A DNA stretch of 63,779 bases, the filler included, from Octopus bimaculoides (Eukaryota): assembly GCF_001194135.2 (NCBI RefSeq). It is 5 parts of 5 records of this genome, joined end to end, with 100 filler letters (N's around TTAATTAATTAA, not from the genome) between each part and the next. Parts side by side here need not be neighbours in the genome. Positions count along the whole stretch, not along the records: positions 36,759 to 56,537 come from NC_068981.1; positions 56,638 to 62,492 come from NW_026308319.1; positions 62,593 to 63,779 come from NW_026364100.1; 2 more parts are not named here. One strand, given 5' to 3'. The notes below the pieces were generated by a model. It worked only from the letters and a program-made list of their open reading frames with translations, had not been told where the DNA came from and did no database searches. Position 1 is the first letter of the stretch. Each line of letters begins with the position of its first letter. The position numbers and the translations under genes were made by a program. Positions 53,601-63,779 of the stretch are shown in pieces.

Positions 53601-55446
53601 CTAAACGCTCTTGATCAGTTACGTGCGGGACGCCTGGCTTTAAACCAGATATAGTTTCTCTCTCTTCGTGAACATGAACGACAAGACAAAATCAGTAAAT
53701 TATATTCCCAACTACTGACATTGAAAGTACAGTTCTATGACAATTAAAGTTAAGATTGTTGACTGAAATTCGCATATTAGTGTTCCAGGTTAATTACAAC
53801 GGAAAGTGATCCAAGAATGTCATTTAAAATTGTGTAGCATCTTTCTAATGTCGTCCTCAAATTCGACTTTCTTGATAACAAATGTCATTTGTAATTTGAT
53901 ATCATCTTACATAACTTAATTTTTCTTTAGTTAAAGATATAGAGCCAAACGTAATATAGGCAACTATTTTCAAGTAACATGAACCAGACCAGCGAAAACC
54001 ACTCAATTAGCGTCCGAATCACCTGTAGGAGAATAATCATTTGATATTTTGACAAAATTTCACATTACCACTTCGGAAAATACTTCTTCCGAGACATTTG
54101 TACATTATTTCCAGACAAATGCTGTTATCTTCATGAAACATGTCAATGTCGAAAATGTGTGAGTAAGATTCAGAATACAATTTTAAATGTTTAAAAATAT
54201 ATTCATTTTAAACACTTAATTCGATCACACTCTACGGAGATTTTCAATAAAATATATTCAAAAATTATGCGATAACTAGGATAATGAAGTATTGTGAATG
54301 TTATTGCATCATAATCAAGCTTCGATAAGATTCCGAAGCAATGGAATACAAAGGGATTATAACTCTGTTAGCACAGTTTCCTGATGGTTGATTCATTGAT
54401 ACGGAAATAACCTTGAATTTTGTGTAGATCTTTGTGATAATTTCTATGGAATGAGATCGTAGTCTACATTCACTGCTGTTTAAATATATATAATGTAGTT
54501 ACAAATCATATATCACCACTTACAGCAAAATCATATCAAACATTAAAGTAATGTCCTACGTCTTTATGAGTTAAAATTAGTAAAGTAGTTATATATAACA
54601 TTGACAAGTTTGTTTTTTTTTATAATTATAGCTCTTTGCTTATACGACGGGTGTCCGTGAAAGATACACTGAGCAAAAAAAGAAATACACTCAGGATGAA
54701 CCTACGAAAGAATATTTACGTGATCATGATATGTTGTAAAGCCTTGAGAAAGGTGGCTGAAATTAAAAGCTGCCGTGCTTACACACACAAATATATATTG
54801 AAATAATGTTTACTATATAATTGAAACTGTGTTTGGATGGTCATAAATGAGGAAAATTTGATGATTAGTCAATTATTTTAAAACTGATATGAAACACGCT
54901 ACCGATGTATATTTCTAAAATTTTCTTGTAGATTAATAAGGTATTCATTACAAAATTATCATTGATTCAGTGTAATATAACAATTATTTAGAAAATATAT
55001 ATAGGCAATCAACTCAATTTCGATGACTTCCATTGTGTTAGTTGACTCTAAGAAGATTCACAATACTTTACCCCTCAGAATTAGAATCTCTTTGCTTACA
55101 AGGAAGTAATGATATCATACATGGGATGCAAGCATGAATACATTCATTTCACCATCAAGCTCGAAATGTATAATGGTTTGGCTTTACATGATGTTTCTAT
55201 TTCGCGGTGTCTCTCCCCAAATCTAACTTTGAATCAGAAACCGACGTAACTAAGCTTATTAATTAGATGCTAAATTGCGTAAGTTAACATTTGAAATCGA
55301 CCTTGTAAAGCTAAAACAAAAGCTCTGGTATCAGTAAATGTCATGAACTAGTCTAATTTAATTGAGATATCAATCCTTTCTCAATGCACTTCCTTTTCAG
55401 GTTATAAGTGTGTGCGTGCGAATGTGTGTGTGTTTATACTTGTGTG

Positions 55447-55479
<33 letters not shown>

Positions 55480-55493
55480 TTGTGTGTGTTTGT

Positions 55494-55542
<49 letters not shown>

Positions 55543-56637
55543 GAATGAAATGGTAATGAGATTATTTCCATCTCGTTTTTTAAAGTTTTCATGTGTTTTG
55601 GTTTGGTTTGTTAGCAACTCCATTATAACTTCCATTATCAATGGAGATTATTAATTATTCTTTCGTCATTAACTANNNNNNNNNNNNNNNNNNNNNNNNN
55701 NNNNNNNNNNNNNNNNNNNNNNNNNNNNNNNNNNNNNNNNNNNNNNNNNNNNNNNNNNNNNNNNNNNNNNNNNNNNNNNNNNNNNNNNNNNNNNNNNNNN
55801 NNNNNNNNNNNNNNNNNNNNNNNNNNNNNNNNNNNNNNNNNNNNNNNNNNNNNNNNNNNNNNNNNNNNNNNNNNNNNNNNNNNNNNNNNNNNNNNNNNNN
55901 NNNNNNNNNNNNNNNNNNNNNNNNNNNNNNNNNNNNGTACATAAAAAATATTGAAGTTGATACATCTTTTTTTACTATTTCATTTAGCAACATTCACAGA
56001 ATAGATAAAACACGTGTGCGTGTGTATGTGTGTGTATGTGTGTGTGTGTATATTTATGGATGTACGCGTATATTCAAGTATGCCACTATGTGTGTATATG
56101 TGTTTCTATGTAGTTATGCATATATGTATAGTTTTGCAAAGTATTTTCTGAAAGCCATTAAATAAATGTGAGAAAGTATGAGCTAAAACTATAATGGAAC
56201 ACATTAATACATCCATTAAATGTTTACATTCTCGATATTCTCACTCGTACAAAACACTATATTTTTATATAAGTGATTGGATATCATTTGGAGTCATATA
56301 TAAACATGTCATATTTCAATGTGTGAACACCGAAAACATCTCTGAAATATCAGCTTCAGAAAACGACAATACAATGCGTTGTTGAGAGTAGCATTGTATT
56401 TCCAATATAAGAATATTTGAATTCATTGAATATTACTTATTCTGTTTAAATTTAAAATAAAATATACATTTGTTTCGAAACATTCTTGACGATTTTATTC
56501 TAAGCACACACAAAAGATCCCTAATCGTATATATATANNNNNNNNNNNNNNNNNNNNNNNNNNNNNNNNNNNNNNNNNNNNTTAATTAATTAANNNNNNN
56601 NNNNNNNNNNNNNNNNNNNNNNNNNNNNNNNNNNNNN

Positions 56638-56742
56638 GAATAAGTACTAGGCTTACAAAGAATAAATCCTGGGGTCGATTTCTTCGAATAAAGGTGGTGC
56701 TCCAGCATGGCTGCAGTCACATGACCGAAACAAGTAAAACAT
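56638..56742 (+). mobile_element. SINE family C 3' end
   Basis: GAATAAGTACTAGGCTTACAAAGAATAA...GCTCCAGCATGGC...GAAACAAGTAAAA. Confidence 0.85.
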
Positions 56743-56744
56743 TA

Positions 56745-57365
56745 AGACCTATGCCATTTAAATCCCGAGCAACGCCGCGTATCTCTGCTAGTCTGGAATA
56801 AAGGAGAGACGCCCTCCGAATGCCGTAAGTAGTCACAGCCAAATTACTAAATAACGGAATAATTGCTGATTGCGACAATTGGCGAGGTATAGCACTTCTC
56901 GTAGTGAAGGCGCATGGCTCAATGGTTAGAGCGTCGAACTTACGATTGTGGGGTTGTGAGTTCGAATCCGGGGCCGGGCTGCGTGTTGTGTTCTTGAGCA
57001 AGACACTTTATTTCACGTTGCTCCAGTTAACTCAGCTGTAGAAATGAGTTGCGACGTCACATGTGCCAAGCTGTATCGGCCTTTGCCCTTCCCTTGCATA
57101 ACACTGGTGGCGTGGAGAGGGGAGACCGGTATGCATGGGCGACTGCTGGTCTTCCATAAACAACCTTGCGCGGACTTGTACCTGGGAGGATAACTTTCTA
57201 GGTGCAATCCCATGGTCAGTCATGACGGAAGGGGGTCTCAACAACAACACTTCTCATTATTGCCCCAAAAGTCATGTTTTGGCTGCTGGTGAGAAGATTA
57301 CAACAGGAACTGGACCACAAACTTAGAAGTAAGCAAGCAGGTTTTCGGAAAGAAAGATAATGCTT
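56745..57365 (+). mobile_element. RTE-clade LINE RT fragment split by a SINE
   Basis: DCDNWRGIALL on the left continues as PKVMFWLLVRRLQQELDHKLRSKQAGFRK on the right of the SINE. Confidence 0.75.
56901..57247 (+). mobile_element. tRNA-derived SINE family D (Meta-domain-like centre) with 8-bp TSD
   Basis: A box TGGCTCAATGG, B box GTTCGAATCC, centre GTGTTCTTGAGCAAGACACTT...GCTCCAGT..CAGCTGTA, (ACA)n tail; CACTTCTC at 56893-56900 and 57248-57255. Confidence 0.88.
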
Positions 57366-57379
57366 ATCTGTAGCGACTA

Positions 57380-57800
57380 TGATTTTTCATAACTTTGGCA
57401 TGATTTGATAAGCTTTGTCCCTGCCGGTCGAACTTCGCTTGAGTAAATCCTGTTTCACACAAAGCATTTATGTCGATGTTGTATCTATCTAATTCATTTG
57501 CAACTAGAAGGGTCTGACGCTCAGTTTTATCAAGTAATATTCCATTCGGCAATATTCATTGTTTTCCTGCGTCCTATCTTACATTTCTTTGGATGCCTGT
57601 GCGGGAGCGAACTAGCACAGACCCTGTTTACCCGGGGAACGCATGAGCCGGTGTGGAAATCATCATTTACTTTAGAACTACTTGCATAGTCATGAAGTGA
57701 ACTAGTTTTTGCGATTGGCTAGTTTCACTTTTTCAGTAAAACGCTATGTTGTACAGCGGGAAAGGATAGGCCAAGACATGCGGGCACCAGTGTCATACTG
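57380..57800 (-). mobile_element. RTE-clade LINE 5' part (start of the APE endonuclease)
   Basis: MNIAEWN...LDKTERQTLLVANELDRYNIDINALCETGF resembles the RTE motif ERRTALVARELARYNIDIAALSETR. Confidence 0.8.
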
Positions 57801-58569
57801 TTAGCTGGATGATAGGTTTGTTTACTTCTACTCTTGGGCGATTCCACAAGTTACTGTCTGGAAGTGGTCTATCATAGATATATGTACACATTTTTGGATG
57901 ACATTTGACTCTCATGATTTCCTCTGTCCTTTGTCGGGTTATCTTATTTATTTCCCTGAAGTGCCCACAGTCACCTTCCTTAACTAGCAAGCTTAGTGGG
58001 GCTGCCAGTTTAGTTGCCGACGAGCCCAACATGCAACAGGTTGTCCTGGGTTACATGCTGTCAGAAGCGCTGCGAAGCGTCGCAAAAATGAGTTCTATCT
58101 GTAATTGAAAGGACCTGCCTTGTCATATTGTGTGTCACACTGAATCTCCCTCAAAACTAGGTTAAAGGTCCGCGTGTGTGTGGAGTATTCAGCCACTTGC
58201 ACGTCAATTTCATGATCAGTCTATTCCGGAAGATCATGCAATGAACAAATATTCATACTAAGGAAAATCATTGAGCAATCAACGGAATATTGAACCCCAG
58301 TGGTGATAAATTATGTTGACTTCAAACCAAGCTTTGTAAGCGACTCCCGCCAGTCGTTCTGCAAAATGCTTTAGATATATGGTCTACCAAATCTGTCGTG
58401 TCAAAATCTTTAACTCACTTTATCGAGACTCACTTTGCTGTGATAAAACAGAATCAGGATTTTCTGAGTTCTTTTCAGTCCATTTTTGTTTCGATAATTT
58501 TGGACAAGGCTCTAAGAATGTCCTTGAATACCTATTGACATGTCTTATCGGTAAGAACGAAACTGGCAG

Positions 58570-58745
58570 ATTTATACTTTGTTGATGACGTTGCTCCTTT
58601 TACCAGCTGCACAGAAATGTAAAATATGACAAATGCCATGATTGAAACAAATGAAATGACTGACTTGAAAGTAAATATAGCAAAAACTAAAATACTGAAA
58701 GTTGTCTGTAGTGAAGCACATGAAGTCTCAATAAATGGGGAAAAG
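58570..58745 (+). mobile_element. LINE RT fragment (FADD-like region)
   Basis: FVDDVA...LKVNIAKTKILKV...VSINGE. Confidence 0.65.
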
Positions 58746-58749
58746 CGAG

Positions 58750-59530
58750 GCTATCGAAGAATGATTCAAGAACATAAAAAAAAACGAACAACATTTACAA
58801 CGAGAGGGAGAAAGTATGCCACTGTGGAGGTGCACTTTGCATCGGAGGAAGAAGCAATCAAGCACTCCACAGAGGCATTAAGATCCGAAGAATGGGTACT
58901 CTTGCCATCGTACTGTGACAAACGTTTGGCCAGAGCGCGAGTTGGTAAGGTGCCACCCGAGCTGAAAGAAGCATGGCTAATGACATCCATAATGTATAAT
59001 ATGAAAGAAGAGGCGAAGATATTGAAGGCTTCCAGGACCCAGAGGGTAAACTACTGGGGATATAGGATCGAATTGACAATTCAAGCAACAGTAGCCACAT
59101 GAAATTGTGGTGCCCCCCAGAGAAAATAACAAACGGAGCAGGTGGAGAGACAGGAGAGCATGGACCAGGTGGTACAAGTCGAGGCAACAGAGGAGGGATT
59201 CACTGTGGTTAAAAAAAGAAAGAGAAAGATGGAATGGGTTCTCCGCCAGAGAAACAGAAAACGAAGAGAGAAGAGGTGGGAAAAGAGATTGTGAATGTGG
59301 CCAGTAGGTAGGAAGATAAAATGGTTATAGATAAAGGAAGTGAAAAGAAAGTTGAAAAAGTGTTAGAAGCGGAGTTACGTATGGGGGAGACATCAATGAA
59401 AATACCGGTTGCTCCATCGGAGGAAGGAGATTCAGAAGTCCAACTGTACGACGGTGAGATGGAGAGACTGTTTAGAGTGGAGGAAGAAAAGAGGGTACAA
59501 AGAGTTCAGCAAGAAAAAGGAAAGCAAAAT
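58750..59530 (+). mobile_element. Probable LINE ORF1 (gag-like) fragment with E/K-rich tail
   Basis: YATVEVHFASEEEA...RARVGKVPPELKEAWL resembles RRM-type ORF1 proteins; purine-rich and frameshifted. The family cannot be named confidently. Confidence 0.45.
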
Positions 59531-59571
59531 TAAAATTAAATATATATATATAATAGAGATTCAAATTATAC

Positions 59572-59706
59572 CTTGCTGACAATTGTCACCTTCATATCCA
59601 GCAGCACATCCACCAAGACATGTTCCATTTTGTCTGTTGCAGTTTTCGTTGTCGACACAGTGACATGTACCTTTACAGTTTAAACCAAATGTATTTCCTT
59701 CGCATT
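59572..59706 (-). CDS. EGF-like (MEGF10/11/SREC-type) repeat exon
   Basis: Acceptor aatattttcag and donor G|gtataa; 135 nt, phase 1-1; CEGNTFGLNCKGTCHCVDNENCNRQNGTCLGGCAAGYEGDNCQQ (8 Cys). Confidence 0.92.
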
Positions 59707-59947
59707 CTGAAAATATTGGTATAAAAAAATTATATTAGATATCATTTGCTAAATATAATGAACGTTATGTCTATAATACTTTTCTACTTCAGAAATATAA
59801 TTAAGATATTGTATGTTTGTAAATAAACATTAAACATTTGTTTCCATTAACGTAATATGTTATCATAAACAAGATTGAACAGGTAGAAACATTGAATCAA
59901 ATATAGACAATTTAATAATTTTGGGGAAAAAAGGAACAGAATATAAC

Positions 59948-60076
59948 CTTTTTGGCAGTTGAATCCGGTGTATCCTGCATCACAATCACCTGGACACGAT
60001 CCACTCACGTGGTTACATGGCAGGGAACAATGACAAGAACCATTACAATTGTGACCAAAGGTACCATTGGAACATT
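59948..60076 (-). CDS. EGF-like (MEGF10/11/SREC-type) repeat exon
   Basis: Acceptor actttatttcag and donor G|gttata; 129 nt, phase 1-1; CSNGTFGHNCNGSCHCSLPCNHVSGSCPGDCDAGYTGFNCQK (8 Cys). Confidence 0.92.
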
Positions 60077-60420
60077 CTGAAATAAAGTATTGTTGGAAAT
60101 GAATCAGGAGTATTCTGCCTATATATATATATATATATATATATAATCAAAAACGGCCCACATAGAGACGTGCAAAGAGACACACACACTCGCACCATTC
60201 TGACCTGTATGACCAGTCTCAAAGACCACTGAACCATGACAGACTAGCCCAGAAGCAAAAAGTCCTTCTGAGTCCACATTTCTCTTCCCCACCCCAACCA
60301 ACCTCCCACAGTGTCCCTTAAAATAGCAAACATTCCTTAGCTACACACAGCAGAAAATATCAGAAAGTCAGGTCAGTTATTCCTCTGTAATTTTTTGTAA
60401 ATTCTTAAATATATCTCCTC

Positions 60421-60550
<130 letters not shown>

Positions 60551-60878
60551 CTACCAAATAAACATGATTTTTATTGAACTCATAATAGTTTTTGTAGTCC
60601 CGTTCTGAACACTTTCTTAAATTCTTTCTTGTAAACAGTTTTTAACATTTTCTTATTATTATCAAAGAATGTATAACTGTATTATAATACTTTTGTGATA
60701 ACCAGTACTTAACACAACAAAGCTTATACAAAGCTTTACATTTTACTTTTGGTAATTTTTGTTGAAAAAGTGAAACCGATTAATCTATAAGCATCTTTAA
60801 AATTGCATTTTCAAACCTTCTTTCATATATTTTCCTATCTTATCTAAATTAACTACTGCTTGTCCATCCTTTCACACC

Positions 60879-60926
60879 GTCTCCGATGAAGGGATATAAT
60901 AAATATCCTAGAAACAGCTGTAAGAT
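60879..60926 (+). ncRNA. Minimal hammerhead-ribozyme-like motif, CCGAUGA variant
   Basis: GUCU-CCGAUGA-AGGGAUAU-AAUAA-AUAUCCUA-GAAA-CAGCUG-UA-AGAU; stems I and II pair, and stem III is a palindrome. Confidence 0.6.
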
Positions 60927-61639
60927 CTTCTATTTGTAAATGTTCTAAAATATATGGGTCATATATATGTATATTTATGTACGTGTGCGAGCGTGCTTGC
61001 ATATGTGTGCCTTTCTGTCTGCGTGCGGTCCACATCGTGCGCTTAACAATCGATTTAAATAGTTTACATTCTCGTAACAGCGGTTTTGCAAAGAAAATCA
61101 TACACAGATAACGTTTATAAAAAAAAATGCACTCGATTCGTTTGTGTACATTTCCTCAGGGCGGTGCTCCAGTATGACAGCAGTTGAATGACTGATAACA
61201 ATATACTTATATAATATATATATATATATCAGAAAAAGCAACACAGATTTTAAAGGTTATTGCAGTACGCACGTTTCATGCTACTCCATTTATTTAAGTA
61301 ATGTGAGCATTACATTAAATGCAAAATGGAGAGCAATCTTCAGCTGCACAAGAATATAGAAAATTACAGCAGAATGGACATTATTATTATTGTGGCAACA
61401 TTTAAAATCTAAGTGGGAAGAAGAACACATAAAAATCCATCTTGACATAGTCAAGGCTAGCAGGCTAGTAATTAATTCTCGGTAGAATTCTAACTGTCTC
61501 TGATTTTATTTGTCTACTTATCTAGTGGTTCAAAGTGTAAGGAGGCAATCACCCTTCCACTTTTAAGGAAAGGGAAGGTGTAACCATTATACATGGATAT
61601 GGTTATAAAGATTTCTCTGGTCAGAGTGGCAACATTATC

Positions 61640-62492
61640 TTAGGTTGGGTTTTTTTTTTATTGCTATCATAATGCTGGGGAATTAAATATTAAACATCTA
61701 GGTCAACAGGGCTTTTTCTTTTGTCTGAATGAAGTATCAGTACTGTTTTACATATACTAAATATGGAAAACTTATAGATATCAATATTAGCTTTATTATG
61801 TTAATAATAATAAAGATGTAATTAGTTCATACAAAAACCCTGGAGTAGTGTCAATTTTGAATTCAAAAGCTATAGATAAGGTGTGAAGTTTAAGAATATT
61901 ATATATATATTGGACTCAAGAAACTATTTTGAATTATTTTAAAAATTATTTTAAAATTTAAAATTTAAGCTAATATATCTAATATTATTTGAAAGACACA
62001 TAAGAGATAAAATTTATTTTTATAATGTAAAGAATTAATATAGGATTTATATAGTTTATAGTAATGAGTTTATCAAGGTTTAAGGAACTAATAAAAAGAA
62101 TGGTAGGAATTAACAAAGAATTCAATAATAATCCAAGACATCTAATAGAGAACATGATACTTGTGTACTAGTTTAATTATACTATCTCATATAGTCAAGA
62201 ACTTGTTTTAAGACTAACATGGGCTAACTACAGAATATTAATGGAATAAGGATTAGATTTATTTAAGTCAAACTATAGAATAAACATAACACAACCACTA
62301 CAAGCCCTGAAATAATGTAATAATAAGGATCCTTTTAGAGTCAGGCATTGAATAAAATAAAATAAATTTTTTTTTTAAGGTTTGAGAATTAATTAAAAAC
62401 AATAAGAACTTATAAAACCTCCTATTCTTATAAGCTACATACGGTAAAAATAATTAAGATTCATACTAAGAATTAACAGCAGTAACAGAAGT
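61640..62492 (-). pseudogene. Possible old nad5-like NUMT
   Basis: Very AT-rich and strand-skewed; broken hydrophobic frames with MGG, SK.I.I, YS and LNSLLIP..DKLIT in nad5 order, but spacing is imperfect. Confidence 0.25.
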
Positions 62493-63779
62493 NNNNNNNN
62501 NNNNNNNNNNNNNNNNNNNNNNNNNNNNNNNNNNNNTTAATTAATTAANNNNNNNNNNNNNNNNNNNNNNNNNNNNNNNNNNNNNNNNNNNNGTGATAAA
62601 TAATTAAACGAAAACACTCTTTTTAAAATTTTGTTTCTATCCCATCTCCCGAAGAAAGAAAAAGATTTAGTTTAAACGTTTGAACTAGAAGAAAATGTTA
62701 TACAAACGTTTGAAGAGAAATAGCAAAGCCTAGAGATCGAAACTGCAACAGGAAACTCGTTTTGAAATATTTTCCCGTCACTCCGATAATCAGGTGCAAG
62801 TAATCGCTAAAGGAAGGAATTTAATGCCTGATGTTATCTGTAGATCAGAGATGAAAACAGATTTAAAAGGTTGTAAATCTGGATAATACAACCAAAGAAA
62901 ATCAAATTACACGGAAATGAGACAAAAAGTCAAAAAAAAAAAAATAATAAAAATAATAAAAAATAAAAGAAATGAAGAAAATACAAGATAAAAAAACAAA
63001 AGCATGAAATTTTAAGGAATAAGATGATTAGTGTTTTTTTTGATAAAATTCAAAATCTTAGAAAGTTTAAGGTGTCTTGTAGGAACCAATGGAACATTTT
63101 AGACACTGATTCAATTCACACGTACAAGAAGCAAACAAAATCATTGTGCTAGATGAGGAAAATTTTATATTCCCAAAAAGCAAAAAAAAAAAAAATTAAA
63201 AAAAAACAATAAATAAAATAAAATTTGTCTTGAGAAGAACAACAAAAAAAATGTAAAAATTCTTGGAAAAGCCACCCATATGTGGACCACGTCAAACACA
63301 AACCATCTGTAGAGAAAACCGTTGAGGTTATACAGTGATGAAAGAAGAAATATGAGCCAAAAAGCTAGAAAATAAATATGGTGAGTTCCTTTAGACTTTT
63401 GCTAAGCATGTAAAGAGTAAGCTGTCACCAATTGTGACGTTTTGGAGCTTATCAAATCTAAGGAGAGAGAGTGCAGGGGAAGAAACCAGTAACCAGAGAG
63501 AATATTAAATAACCATCATCATATGAGGGATTGGCAGCTAAGAATTGGAAAAATACCTGTGACCTATAACATTGATGATAATATCACCATTTATATTATG
63601 TATCAGTCCCTTTCTATGTCCGTATTTGGATCTACTGGAGGCATCAAGTAAAATTTGATACTTTCTTTTTCAATTTGCCATGCGCAAGCATATTTCCCTC
63701 TTTCCTCTTCTCTATGTCTTCTACCTATCTAAGCAGCTACTTTGCTAGATAGCTTGTACGCACATATATGCACCGTACA

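Noticed and set aside
52030-54050. Several AG-bounded open stretches on the minus strand as EGF-gene exons
   Set aside because: No recognisable domain and inconsistent phases; expected by chance in AT-rich DNA.
56909-56980. tRNA-like sequence (also 7325-7395, 47397-47465)
   Set aside because: A and B boxes are present but there is no complete cloverleaf, and each continues into a SINE body and tail.
62600-63400. Possible L1/Tx1-type LINE remnant
   Set aside because: A-rich with only vague motif resemblance; no diagnostic motif could be read.

Overview
AT-rich, microsatellite- and SINE-dense animal DNA. The repeat landscape looks like a coleoid cephalopod (Octopus-like); this is my inference, not a database result. 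The window is a scaffold with several N gaps. Four of these are 100-nt padded joins carrying an artificial TTAATTAATTAA linker, so continuity across them is not guaranteed. Two partial spliced genes were found by hand, both on the minus strand and mostly absent from the ORF track. (1) An ankyrin-repeat gene has four phase-compatible exons (32442-32530, 29980-30131, 27258-27420, 24737-24892); the fourth carries a +1 frameshift. (2) A MEGF10/11-type EGF-repeat gene has two phase 1-1 exons (59948-60076, 59572-59706). The rest is mostly transposon-derived: Tc1, mariner, maT (DD37D) and pogo/Tigger-like elements; R4-clade, RTE and CR1 LINE remnants; and at least four tRNA-type SINE families. The most unusual observations are: a dispersed family of minimal hammerhead-ribozyme-like motifs with a shared CCGAUGA core and palindromic stem III; a MITE with 8-bp TSDs and an internal telomeric-repeat palindrome; an internally inverted R4-clade retrotransposon; and a possible old nad5-like NUMT.
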